A stretch of 42,179 nucleotides of DNA from positions 1-42,179 of the forward strand of contig NW_021835216.1 of NCBI RefSeq assembly GCF_006345805.1, read 5' to 3'. This document shows, piece by piece, positions 23,891 to 35,031 of the stretch. The notes under the pieces are model-generated. The model was not told the origin of the DNA. It made no database searches and was given only the letters and a program-made list of their open reading frames with translations. The DNA is from Octopus sinensis (taxonomy: Eukaryota). How positions within the stretch are numbered: position 1 is the stretch's first letter; every line of letters begins with the position of its first letter. The position numbers and the translations under genes were made by a program.

Positions 23891-24077
23891 TATATAATAC
23901 AAAATGGGACAAGAACGCAAAACATCCGGACAATTAGGTGATACAAAAAGGGACAACAAAACATCCAGATAAACGATACAAAAAAACAAACAAGGACGAG
24001 TCATTCGAAGTTTTCTATCCTCAGTCAAGAACAGGATCATCCTCGCAATTTCGGCTGATATATATATATATATATAT

Positions 24078-24144
24078 GCTCAACGTCGCATCACTTCGGT
24101 AATTGCTCGACAACTGGTGCATTCAACGCGATATGACCGTAAGC
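24078..24144 (-). pseudogene. 5S rRNA pseudogene, 5' about 67 nt only
   Basis: The minus strand reads GCTTACGGTCATATCGCGTTGAATGCACCAGTTGTCGAGCAATTACCGAAGTGATGCGACGTTGAGC, a diverged copy of 24374-24491 cut off by (TA)n. Confidence 0.8.
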
Positions 24145-24164
24145 GGCATGATATTAAATATTGA

Positions 24165-24360
24165 TTTCAAACTTTAGCACAAGGCCAGCAATTTCAGGTG
24201 AAGGAGCAAGTCGATAAAGTCGACCCCAGTACCTATATGGTACTTATTTTATCGATCCCGAAAGGACGAAAGGTAAAGTCGACCTCGGCACAAATTGAAC
24301 TGAGAATGTAAAAAGTTGCTAAGCATTTTGCTTGGTGTGAAACGATCCTGCTAGCGCGCC
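24165..24360 (-). mobile_element. Family C SINE between the two 5S copies
   Basis: Core ATCGATCCCGAAAGGACGAAAGGTAAAGTCGACCTCGGC. Confidence 0.8.
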
Positions 24361-24373
24361 ACCACAGTGAGAT

Positions 24374-24491
24374 GCTTACAGGACCTAGGTTTGCCAAGCG
24401 GTCACCCATCAAAGCTCTAATTAGGTTCAACGTTGCTTAGCTTCGGTGATCGGACGAGAACCGGTGCATTCAACGTGATATGACCGTAAGC
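24374..24491 (-). pseudogene. Full-length (118 nt) 5S rRNA pseudogene
   Basis: The minus strand reads GCTTACGGTCATATCACGTTGAATGCACCGGTTCTCGTCCGATCACCGAAGCTAAGCAACG...GATGGGTGACCGC...TGTAAGC, with complementary termini GCTTAC/GTAAGC. Box C is altered (AGAGCTTTGATGG) and there is no oligo-T terminator. Confidence 0.88.
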
Positions 24492-24649
24492 GGTACGGCA
24501 TTAGATATTAAAATGGATGTTGTTATAAAGCATCTGCTGATCCCGAAACAGCAGCGTCTTTGATGCGTCACGTGGACTGCAACCTTTTAATCAAAGCTCT
24601 GTATCGTAACTCCAGGCTAATATCTTACCTTTCTGGTGGTATCATCTTT

Positions 24650-25057
24650 TTATTTTTTATTTGATTCAGTCATTAGACTGCGCCCATGCTGGGGCACCGC
24701 ATTGAGGAAATCTTAGACAAATGGATCGACCCCAGTATTTATTTATGTTAAGACTTGTACGTATTCTATCGATCTCTTTGCTGAACCGCAAGGTTACGGG
24801 ACGTAAACACACCAACACCGGTTGTGAAGCAGTTGTACGCGACAAACAAACGCACACACGTAGACATACCTGCATACACACACTCACACGCATACACACA
24901 CATGACAGGCTTCTTTCAGTTTCCGTCTACCAAATCCACTCACATTGCTTTGGTCATCTCGAGGCTATAGTAGAAGATATCCAAAATACCACGCAGCGGG
25001 AATGAGCCCGGAAACATGTGCTTGAAAAGCAAACTTCTCACATCCACACCCGCGCCT
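24650..25057 (-). mobile_element. SINE family B
   Basis: Reverse complement of the family B head, core and tail. Confidence 0.8.
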
Positions 25058-25229
25058 ATATATGTAAAGGATAGAGTTTAAATGTATAAGCTATACTATG
25101 AAATATAAGTTGATAGTGCCATCCCCACGATGTTCTATTTTATAGATGCAAATATAAAAATTCTCCAAAACCAGAAGAAAAATCCGAAATCTGCAATACT
25201 TACGGTTCCACGAGTTTCGGATTATGAAT

Positions 25230-25442
<213 letters not shown>

Positions 25443-25534
25443 TTAATATAGGGTAGCAAAAAATTCAGCAGAAATTATTTGCCACCAGCGGTCTAGTGGG
25501 AAAAAGGAAATAGTCAAGACTATTAAAAATTCAA

Positions 25535-25958
25535 CAGCAAAATTAAGGAACGGCCATAATAGGCCGTTCAACCCACTAGAAATAGAGCGCTAAGGCTTCA
25601 ACCGCAAAAAAAATATTAATTCCGTAAACAAGGAGAAAATTTAAAAAACATTTACCCTGTTATACTTTATACAATGCATCGTTTCATCAATTTTTTAATG
25701 GTAAATCAGCCTGATTAAATTAAATCAAACTAATCCTCCACAGGCCAACAGATTCGTCAGTAAAGTAAGCCAGACGGGAGAGATATTTACACGAGGCAGC
25801 ACCATTACTGTCTCGGCAATATCTGACCTAAAATTTTCAAATCATCGTACTCGCGCCAAATTTATCGGCAGCAAATATAAGCTGCCGATTCCATCGGTTG
25901 AACGGTTGCCGATTCCATGGGTTGAACGGCCTATTATGGCCGTTCCTTAATTTTGCTG
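25535..25958. mobile_element. MITE with perfect 41-bp inverted repeats
   Basis: CAGCAAAATTAAGGAACGGCCATAATAGGCCGTTCAACCCA (25535-25575) is the exact reverse complement of 25918-25958. The true left end may extend further left. Confidence 0.8.
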
Positions 25959-25996
<38 letters not shown>

Positions 25997-26020
25997 CTAG
26001 AGATACTATCTATCTATCTA

Positions 26021-26062
<42 letters not shown>

Positions 26063-26211
26063 CTATCTATCTATATCTATCTTTATCTATCTATATAGAC
26101 ACGTACTTATAGTGATGAATTATATGGTTAGGACGATTGCCTAGTTTCGGCATATTTTGGCATTAAAAAATTTTTTTCTTTGCCCTTGTTTATAGTTATA
26201 TTATATATATA

Positions 26212-26262
<51 letters not shown>

Positions 26263-26832
26263 AATATATATATATATATATATTATATATATTCTATCTA
26301 TATATTTTATATATATATAACTTAGATAACTTAGATAGGTTTCGGCGCCAGTATCGACCCAGGCCATATCTAACTTAATAGAACCAGCCGATGAAGACTT
26401 TTAGTCATATATGGGGCGCCATGGCCCACTCTAGCAAAGAGTTATTGTTGTAGACATATCTGGGTGAAGGAGGTTGGTATGGGACTTTTTGGAGAAACTT
26501 GTCCAGAGAACCTTCGAATTGGGATCTGTTTCCGTTTTGATGTATTTTGATATGGCATTAAAGAGAGCTGGACCAGTTGAGGTAAAATGTAGTGTTGACG
26601 TATGTGTGTGTATGTGTGCATATGTAGGTTTTGCGTGTAAGCCATTTGTTACTTACTAATTGTTGATAATCTAAAATTCTATTAAACAAGATAAATATCA
26701 ATTAAAAATAAGGTTGAGGCGTTAACGATCTAAGTTATTATAAATGAATACGTACAACCACAAACACATGCACACATGATGCAGTGATGTGTATCAAACC
26801 ATATTAGTGCTTCATTGAAAGCAATTCATATG

Positions 26833-26878
<46 letters not shown>

Positions 26879-27029
26879 TATAAAACTTACTTTGAAATAG
26901 ATGCGTGGCGTTCGATCATAAAATAATATAAATAATATATATATATATATTTATGTATATATATATGCATATATACATACATAAATATACATACTTACAT
27001 ATATATGTATATAGACATGCATATATTGG

Positions 27030-27600
27030 TATAGGACGTCAATAAACGTAAACAGAATACATGAAAAACGAGAACATGAATTACAAACACATGGAAAATG
27101 GACAACGAAAGAAACAAAATGAGACAGGTAACATTAGGAACAATCCCTTCATCAGTTGTTCACTGTTTTATCTACTCCGCATTTCGAGCTTTGGGACAAG
27201 ATGCGTCTTCGTCAAAAATTCATTCCCGTAAAGCAAAATAAATAAAATTTGGGATTTGCGGAGGGTCAAAGCTGGTAACAAAAACAGGACCGTTAAAACA
27301 AACGGTAAGGGCTGTTAATCCATAACAAGGTGAAGTGGTGTGCGCTGGAGAACAAGCTTTGACAGGAGACAGACGAAAATGCGTGCTATCTCTTGTAGCT
27401 GAACGAGAATAAAAAAAGAAATTTGAGTTAGGAGAAGAAGGATGGCTGCTGGTCACGTGTGAGAAATGGGAAAGTCAAGGAGTAAGTGTGAGGGAGAGAG
27501 TGGAACAGATAGAGAACGGTGAAGGGGAGAGGAGAAGAATTAGAGAAAGCGTAGGAAAGAAAAAAGAATATAGAAAGAGGAGAGAGAGAGAGAGAGAGAG
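27030..27600 (+). mobile_element. Penelope-type non-coding repeat
   Basis: Homologous to the 21170 and 19930 regions. It has minus-strand hammerhead remnants (TGACGAAG...CTCGAAA; CTGATGAAGGGATTGTTCCT). Confidence 0.5.
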
Positions 27601-27775
27601 AGGAATAGAGATAGTGATGGAATAATGTCACAGCAGAATTATAACATGATTTTGTAATTCATGTTCTACGTTTCTTGACGTCCTATACCCATGTATGCAT
27701 GTGTATATAGTTATATATGTAAATACGTACATATATGTATGTAAATACATGTATGCATATATACATACATACATG

Positions 27776-27933
27776 GAGTGGCTGTGTGGTAAGTAGCTTG
27801 CTTACCAACCATATGATTCTGGGTTCATTCCAACTGAGTGGCATCTTGGGCAAGTGTCTTCTACTATAGCCTCGGACCAATCAAAGCCTTGTGAGTGGAT
27901 TTGGGAGACGGAAACTGAAAGAAGCCCGTCGTA

Positions 27934-27975
<42 letters not shown>

Positions 27976-28200
27976 TGTGTGTGTATATGTTTGTGTGTCT
28001 GTATTTGTCCCATCCAACATCACTTGAGAACCGATGCTGGTGTTTTTACGTCCCCGTAACTTAGCGGTTCGGCAAAAGAGACCGATAGAATAAGTACTAG
28101 GCTTCCAAAGATAAGTCCCGGGATTGAATTGCTCGACTAAAGGCGGTGCTCCAGCATGGCCGCAGTCAAATGACTGAAACAAGTAAAATAGTAAAAGAGT
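27776..28200 (+). mobile_element. SINE family B, full length
   Basis: Matches 12744-13146. Confidence 0.9.
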
Positions 28201-28593
28201 AGAGAGTATATAAATACAAACTTCGATGTTTAAATTTTATCGACTACCGCTATTTTGCCTTTAATCTTTCATTTTTTTAAAATTTAGCATTCATTTTGTT
28301 GTTTACTATTCAATTATTGCATGTTTGATGTATTTCTTATTTTATAGTTTATATGAAATTGTTTCTCAACCGTGTCTCATATACAGGTTTATTTTTTATC
28401 CCTCACCAGTTTTATTCGGCACGTTTAAACTGGCATAACAGATCGCCTGAAACAAGCAGAGAACACAAAGTTTAAAGATAATGAAAGATAAAATATAAAC
28501 ACTGAAAGCATTTATAAAGCCAAACAACAAGAAAAACAGAAAGAAAAAGAAGAAGAAATAAACGACAGAATCACTGCAAAATTCCAATGCAAA

Positions 28594-28779
28594 ATGGGTG
28601 ATACTGCGGCTGGAAATCTCTATGGAATTTCTGAAACAGTGAAAATACTTAGCCTGTATGCTGTTGTTTTAGTTCTCCCCCTGTTGTTACCGAGAGCCAG
28701 CGCGGACTCGAATCTACGTGAAGTTAGTGTTCACACGAGGATGGCAAATGCAAACAGAAATCCGCGGCTTTTACAAAGG
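28594..28779 (+). CDS. First coding exon of an unidentified secreted or membrane glycoprotein gene (exon probably 28410-28779 including 5' UTR): MGDTAAGNLYGISETVKILSLYAVVLVLPLLLPRASADS...NPRLLQR
   Basis: ATG in a CAAAATGG context with an in-frame stop upstream. Hydrophobic stretch ILSLYAVVLVLPLLL followed by an A-S-A|D cleavage-like site. Donor AGG|GTAAGT (phase 0) and upstream acceptor TTTTTTATCCCTCACCAG at 28409. Confidence 0.7.
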
Positions 28780-28834
28780 GTAAGTTTGTTATGTGTTGTT
28801 TTTGTTGTTGTTGTTATTACATACTAGATAAAAG

Positions 28835-29670
28835 CAGCAAGTTGGCAGATTTTGTTAGCATGCCACAGAAAATACTTATTGGTATTTCTTCCGAGCTGGC
28901 AGAAACGTTGGCACACCAGGCGAAATGCGTAGCCGTATTTCGTCTGCCGTTAAGTTCTGAGTTCAAATTCCGCCGAGGTCGACTTTGCCTTTCATCCTTT
29001 CGGGGTCGATAAATTAAGTACCAGTTACGCACTGGGGTCGATATAATCGACTTAATCCGTTTGTCTGTCCTTGTTCGTCCTCTCTGTGCTTAGCCCTTTG
29101 TGGGTAGTAAAGAAATAGGTATTTCTTCCGTCTTTAACGTTCAGAGTTCAAATTCCACCGAGGTCGATTTTTGTCGTTTATCATTTTGGGATCGATGTAA
29201 TAAGTACCCGTTGTGCTCCGGGAGTCGATGAAATCGACCTACTACTCCCTCGAAATTGCTGGCATTGTGCCAACATTTTAAACCGTTATTTCTGGATGGT
29301 GGCAATGAGTTTCACGAGGTATGGAGTCGTTGGAACACCAATAATGTCGTCCATGTTTTTGTTATTTGTTTATTTTTGAGTTCAAATTTCGGTGAGATCG
29401 CCTTCGTCATTCATCATTCCAGGGTCGATAGAATAAATACCAGCGTAGCACTGGTATCGATATAATCGACATATTCCTTACCATTAACAAAATGCGTGCC
29501 TTGTGTCAAAATTTGAATTTAATCAAGAGGCAAAACGGCAGAACATTTAGCGAGTCGGACAACATGCTTAGCAGCATTTATTCTGACTTTTTACATACTG
29601 TGTTAAAATTCCACCAAGTTAGACTGTGCCATTCATTCTTTAAGAATCGATAAAATAGGTATGAATTAAG
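28835..29670 (+). mobile_element. Cluster of tandem family C SINEs (long- and short-tail variants)
   Basis: At least four copies of the GTTCAAATT.C..CGAGGTCGA core. Confidence 0.8.
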
Positions 29671-30334
29671 CACCGATGATATATTATATATTATATATAT
29701 ATTATATTATATATATTATATATATATATCTATATATGTGTGTGTGTGTGTGTGTGGTGTGTGTGTATGTGTGTGTGTGGTGTGTGTGTGTGTTGTGTGT
29801 GCTTGGGTGTGTGTGTGAGTGTATGTATGTATGTATGTATAACTCTCTATATAGAATTCTTTGTCTCTATGTCTCTCTGCCTGTCTGCGATTCATCAAAC
29901 TATCGATAAAATCTTCTAACGGTTCGCCAAAGAAGTTCGATAAAATAACATACCGGTTCTCTCGGACTCTCCGTCGCTTTCTCTTACTCTCTATCTTTCT
30001 CTATCTATCTTTCTCCCATTTATAAAGAATTAGATTACCGCGCTTATATTACAAATCCGCTTCCACTTTACCATGTTGAAAATTAGATTGAAATCCGGCA
30101 AAAGGTCTCCAATCTAGACCTCCAAGTGTCCACACAAATCAATAAAATCCCGTTTTCACTCCAAAGTAACCACTGTAGCACCCCAAAACGTCTCCCAATC
30201 AATTTCTCACCTCAAGTTACCCCCTCCTGTAAATTTTAATCCCCTTCCAACCCCATTTAGACCCCTTTTTACATAAAAATCCAATTAGTATCAACGTTCG
30301 CCTTCTTCATTTTATAGATTAGACATATATAGGG

Positions 30335-30487
30335 CCTGCTTCTTTCAGTTTCTGTCTACCAAATCCACTCACAAGACTTTGGTCGACCCGAAGCTATGGT
30401 AGAAGACACTTGCCTAAGGTGCCACGCAGTGGGACTGAACCCGGAACGATGTGGTTTGTAAGCAAGCTACTTACCACTCAGCCACAC
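30335..30487 (-). mobile_element. SINE family B, 5' part
   Basis: Reverse complement of the family B head. Confidence 0.85.
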
Positions 30488-30506
30488 AGCCAGTCTGTCC
30501 ACCTAT

Positions 30507-30508
30507 TC

Positions 30509-30572
<64 letters not shown>

Positions 30573-30589
30573 GGCTGTCTGTTTGTCTG

Positions 30590-30652
<63 letters not shown>

Positions 30653-30656
30653 CTCC

Positions 30657-30748
<92 letters not shown>
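30507..30748 (+). repeat. (TCTA)n microsatellite
   Basis: Directly visible. Confidence 0.95.
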
Positions 30749-30749
<1 letters not shown>

Positions 30750-30842
30750 GTAGGCTTTTCTTCCCACGGATGAACCTAATCTTGTTTCTCACTGTTAAAA
30801 AAATTTTGATCCCTTTTGATCGCTTTTCTTTTCCCGATCCCT

Positions 30843-30954
30843 TTTGATCGGAATTTTACATTTGTCTCCATTTTTGTTTCCTTTTTTCTTTTTCCATCTT
30901 TGATCGGAATTTTACATTTGTCTCCATTTTTGTTTCCTTTTTTCTTTTTCCATC
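30843..30954 (+). repeat. Exact 56-bp pyrimidine-rich tandem duplication
   Basis: TTTGATCGGAATTTTACATTTGTCTCCATTTTTGTTTCCTTTTTTCTTTTTCCATC occurs twice. Confidence 0.9.
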
Positions 30955-31099
30955 TTCGAAAAGAAAATCTCTACATTTGTATTTGTTCCCTCTGTATTTC
31001 AGCCCTGTGTGGCCAATAAAGAAAGTTATCTATCTATCTAGCTAGCTAGCTAGCTAGCTACTAGCTAGCTATCAAACTTTCTTCTTTCAAATTTTTCAG

Positions 31100-31249
31100 G
31101 AGTCATTGTGGGTGTCAGAAGCGGCGGTTGACGGAAATGGAAAGCTTGAAAAGAAGGAAATGCTGACAGACATTCGAATAGTCATTATGCTCCATGAAAG
31201 TATAAACAATTCAAACCGTTTGTATGCAACGTTTAATGAAACGATAACG
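31100..31249 (+). CDS. Second coding exon (phase 0-0): ESLWVSEAAVDGNGKLEKKEMLTDIRIVIMLHESINNSNRLYATFNETIT
   Basis: Acceptor CTTCTTTCAAATTTTTCAG and donor ACG|GTAAAT. It is 150 nt, and only frame 0 is open, matching the upstream phase-0 donor. Confidence 0.75.
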
Positions 31250-31309
31250 GTAAATTTGAAAAATTTTCCATCCTCAAAAATCTTAATTTTTTTTGACTAC
31301 TTTTTGTGC

Positions 31310-31865
31310 GGTGGCAAGAATCGTTAGCATATTGGCCAAAAATGTTTGGCGAAATTTCATCCGTCTTTATGTTCTGAGTTCAAGTTTCAAAGAGGTCGAC
31401 GTTTCCTTTCATCTTTTCGTGTCAATGAAACAAGTACCAGTTGAGCACTGGGGGTGTTTTAATTGATTTACCCCATCACCCGAAACTGCTGGCTTGTGCC
31501 AAAATTTAAAATTATTATTATCTATTTGTCAAACTCCGCGGTCTACTTTGCCTTTATCCTTTCGGGGTCGATGAAATAAGTACCAGTTACGCACTGGGGT
31601 CGATATAATCGACTTAATCCGTTTGTCTGTCCTTGTTCGTCCCCTCTGTGTTTAGCACCTTGTGGACAGTAAAGAAATAGGTATTTCGTCTGAAGTTACG
31701 TTCTGAGTTCAAATTCCGCCAAGGTCGACTTTGCCTTTCATCCTTACGGGGTCGATAAAATAAGTACCAGTTACGCACTGGGGTCGATGTAATCGACTTA
31801 ATCCGTTTGTCTGCCCTTGTTTGTCCCCTCTATGTTTAGCCCCCTGTGGGCAATAAAGAAAAAAA
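31310..31865 (+). mobile_element. Cluster of tandem family C SINEs
   Basis: Repeated core and long tail CTTAATCCGTTTGTCTG.CCTTG. Confidence 0.8.
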
Positions 31866-32306
31866 AATATTTTGTAACGTGTAGTTAAAATTGTTTTATT
31901 TACTAAAAATTTTTTTTACAAATCTAAAGAAAATAGGTAAATAAATTAAATGTTTGACTATAGTAAAATTTAAGCCTATTGAAGTAATTAAACGTTTTCT
32001 TTGTTTAATTTTTGGCAAAATTATTTTACTTTCAAAATTTTAATTTTTAGTTAGTTAACTATTTCTATTTGTCGGTTCATTTTACTGTTAGGTAAGTCAA
32101 AGTTCCCCTCAAATAAAATAAATGCAGGCTTGATATAGTTAATCACAATGAAAAAAGAAATAAAGATCATCTTTAAGATATTGTATTAATAATAAATAAA
32201 CAAAAATGAATCTGTATTTCAAAAATCTTAAAACAATTTTTATTTTATACATGGGAATTCATGAGAAAATATCAAATTATATTTATCGAATGATATATTT
32301 ATCTGC

Positions 32307-32582
32307 GTAGAGGTGCAATGGCCCAGTGGTTAGGGCAGCAGACTCGCAGTCGTAGGATCGCGGTTTCGTTGTGAGTGTTTATTGAGCGAAAACACCAAAA
32401 AGCTCCACGAGGCTCTGGCAGAGGACGATGGCGATCCCTGCTGTACTCTTTCGCCACAACTTTCTCTCACTCTTTCTTCTGTTGGCCGGCTCGCTTAGCC
32501 AGAGGGGTGGCGTCATTTGAAGGCTAAAACAATGCGAAGCGCATTGTGACCAGCGATGTATAGCTGGTCGGTCACGGTGATA
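32307..32582 (+). mobile_element. SINE family D
   Basis: Head GTAGAGGTGCAATGGCCCAGTGGTTAGGGCAGC, homologous to 1634-1830. TATCTGC appears on both flanks as a possible TSD. Confidence 0.8.
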
Positions 32583-32879
32583 CCTATCTGCAGTATTTTA
32601 AGCTCTTTTTCTTTTATTTTAGGCTTACTTCTTCTCCTGTATATTTCCAAGTTTATTAAATATTGTTATTCCTTGCTCGCATCTTTCATCTCAGTATATG
32701 TATGGAGCATTGGCGTATTCTACTTTGTTTTGTTCATGATAACCACACACACACACACACACACAAAATATGTATAAATATATATATTCATATATAAAAT
32801 ACACAAACATATACAAAGAAAACAGAAAATGGATACATTTATCCCTTAGACGGTTATTTTACGTCTAACTCAACTAACC

Positions 32880-32939
<60 letters not shown>

Positions 32940-32976
32940 ATCTATCTATCTCTATCTCTCTCTCCTCTCTCTCTCT

Positions 32977-33018
<42 letters not shown>

Positions 33019-33064
33019 TATATACCATTTTCAATATATACATATACATATATATTATACACAT

Positions 33065-33103
<39 letters not shown>

Positions 33104-33111
33104 CATATATT

Positions 33112-34153
33112 ATGTGGCGCTTTCAGACATGCCTTCAGTTGCTACGATGGCCACCCTGCTAGCTATGCAGATGACACAAAAGTCTCCACACATACAAAGC
33201 CCTGAAAATATTGCGCATCTGCAACAGGAGTGGATACAATATACAGGTGGGCTGAGGACAACAACATGCAGTTTAATGCAGGTAAGTTCCAGGCCCTGCG
33301 CACCGGCCACAAAGGTAAACGACGTGCAGACTGGATAAACTGGCCCAGGAAGAATTGCAATCCCTGAGTCAAAATCATGCGTTGACATGGGCATTGACAT
33401 GAGCAATGATGCATCTTTCCAAGTGCATATTACTAATCTGGTGATAAAATGCAGACGGCTAGCTGGATGGATTCTCCGAACTTTCAGAACAAGAGTGAAG
33501 GGACACTGATGGGCCTCTGGAAAACATTCGTCCTCAGCCGTTGGACTACTGCCCAACTATGGTCACCACAATATAAAACAAGCAGCAGAACTCGAAGCAA
33601 TTCAAAGAAGCTACACAAAGAAGATCGTCTCAATGCAAAATATCAGCTATTGGGAAAGACTGAAAGTATTAAACCTCTTCTCCCTAGAGCGGAGGCGGGA
33701 GAGATATGCGGTGATATACATCTGGAAAATCCTGGAGGGTCTTGTCCCAAACTTTGGCATTCAAAGTTACTCCAACCGTAGAACGGGGCGCCACTGCATG
33801 GTGCCAAAGATTCCAACATCACCATCAAAATACAGGACCAGATACTGCAACAGCTTGGGTTTCAGAGGACCACAGCTCTTTAACATCCTCCCTAAATGCC
33901 TGATAGACTTACATGTTGTGGATGTGGGTTTCTTTAAAACTAAACTGGATCTCTTCTTGTCGGGGGTCCCAGATGAACCTATATCACGACAGGAGACACA
34001 GATGCGGGCAGCAGCATCGACTCCCTTGTTGATCAAGTGCCACGTATCAGAGGTGGATTCACATATTAGTGTAGCTCATTCAGCGGTGGTGCCCAGCTGG
34101 CCCGCGGCCTTCGGGCTAAAACATTTTTAAAGATTTAAGGATTTAAGGATTTA
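33112..34153 (+). mobile_element. 5'-truncated, frameshifted CR1/L2-group LINE (RT C-terminal half plus 3' end)
   Basis: YADD at 33164-33175 (SYADDTKVS), then WAEDNNMQFNAGKF, LWKTFVLSR.DY and ERLKVLNLFSLERRRERYAVIYIWKILEGL. It ends in a (GATTTAAG)n octamer tail and is flanked by (TA)n. Confidence 0.88.
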
Positions 34154-34156
34154 TAT

Positions 34157-34211
<55 letters not shown>

Positions 34212-34218
34212 AGATATG

Positions 34219-34362
34219 AGGCAAATAGAAGAGGGCAAGGACATGCAATCGACAAGCATCGGCCGGTGAATATTCAATTATATCTATTTATAAATATATA
34301 TAATTGAATGTTTGCTGGCTGATGTTTGCCGATTGGGTATCCTCTCTATTTTCTTATTTGCC
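34219..34362 (+). other. Imperfect long hairpin; the inner 37-bp stem (34246-34335) is mostly closed by G-U wobble on the plus strand
   Basis: CAATCGACAAGCATCGGCCGGTGAATATTCAATTATA pairs with TATAATTGAATGTTTGCTGGCTGATGTTTGCCGATTG, with 6 G-U pairs and 1 A-C mismatch. Confidence 0.75.
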
Positions 34363-34579
34363 TTATAAATCCTGGGTAAATTTCCAATCTACCCCCATCC
34401 ATACCTAGTATACATATATATATACATACACACATACATACATATATATGACCATTCTGAAATATAACAATATATATATATATCAATAAATGGTAGGGTT
34501 GTGTTGACCGCACGTGGAGAAATGATAAGCAAGGAAAAATTGTAAAAATGCAGAATGCTAAATTGAAAGAAAATTTTAA

Positions 34580-34657
<78 letters not shown>

Positions 34658-34837
34658 TACATATATCTATACATATATACATACATATATATATATGTAT
34701 GTATGTATGTATATATATGTTGTGTTATGATGTGTATGTATGTATGTATGGATGTGTGTGTATATATATATGTGTGTATGTATGTAGTATGGAGTATGTA
34801 TGTATGTATGTATGTATGTATGTGTGTGTATATAATA

Positions 34838-34879
<42 letters not shown>

Positions 34880-35031
34880 CACATCTGTGTGTGTCTTAGT
34901 ATCTGTGTTTGCATATGCACAAAGCCTCTTCATGTGTGTGTGTGTGTGTGTGCGCGCGCATGTGTCTGTGTGTCCATACATAAGCTTTGTCACTGGAATA
35001 TCGAAGCTAATTTGGAAATTTGACCTTTCAG

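Noticed and set aside
26456-26581. Exon-like segment (TGTAG...GAG|GTAAAA) and ORF 26474-26659
   Set aside because: All three frames from the best acceptor contain stops. It is adjacent to repeat-derived sequence.
28673-28779. Alternative exon reading FSPCCYREPARTRIYVKLVFTRGWQMQTEIRGFYK from the TTTTAG acceptor
   Set aside because: It ends in phase 2, which hits stop codons in both downstream exons.
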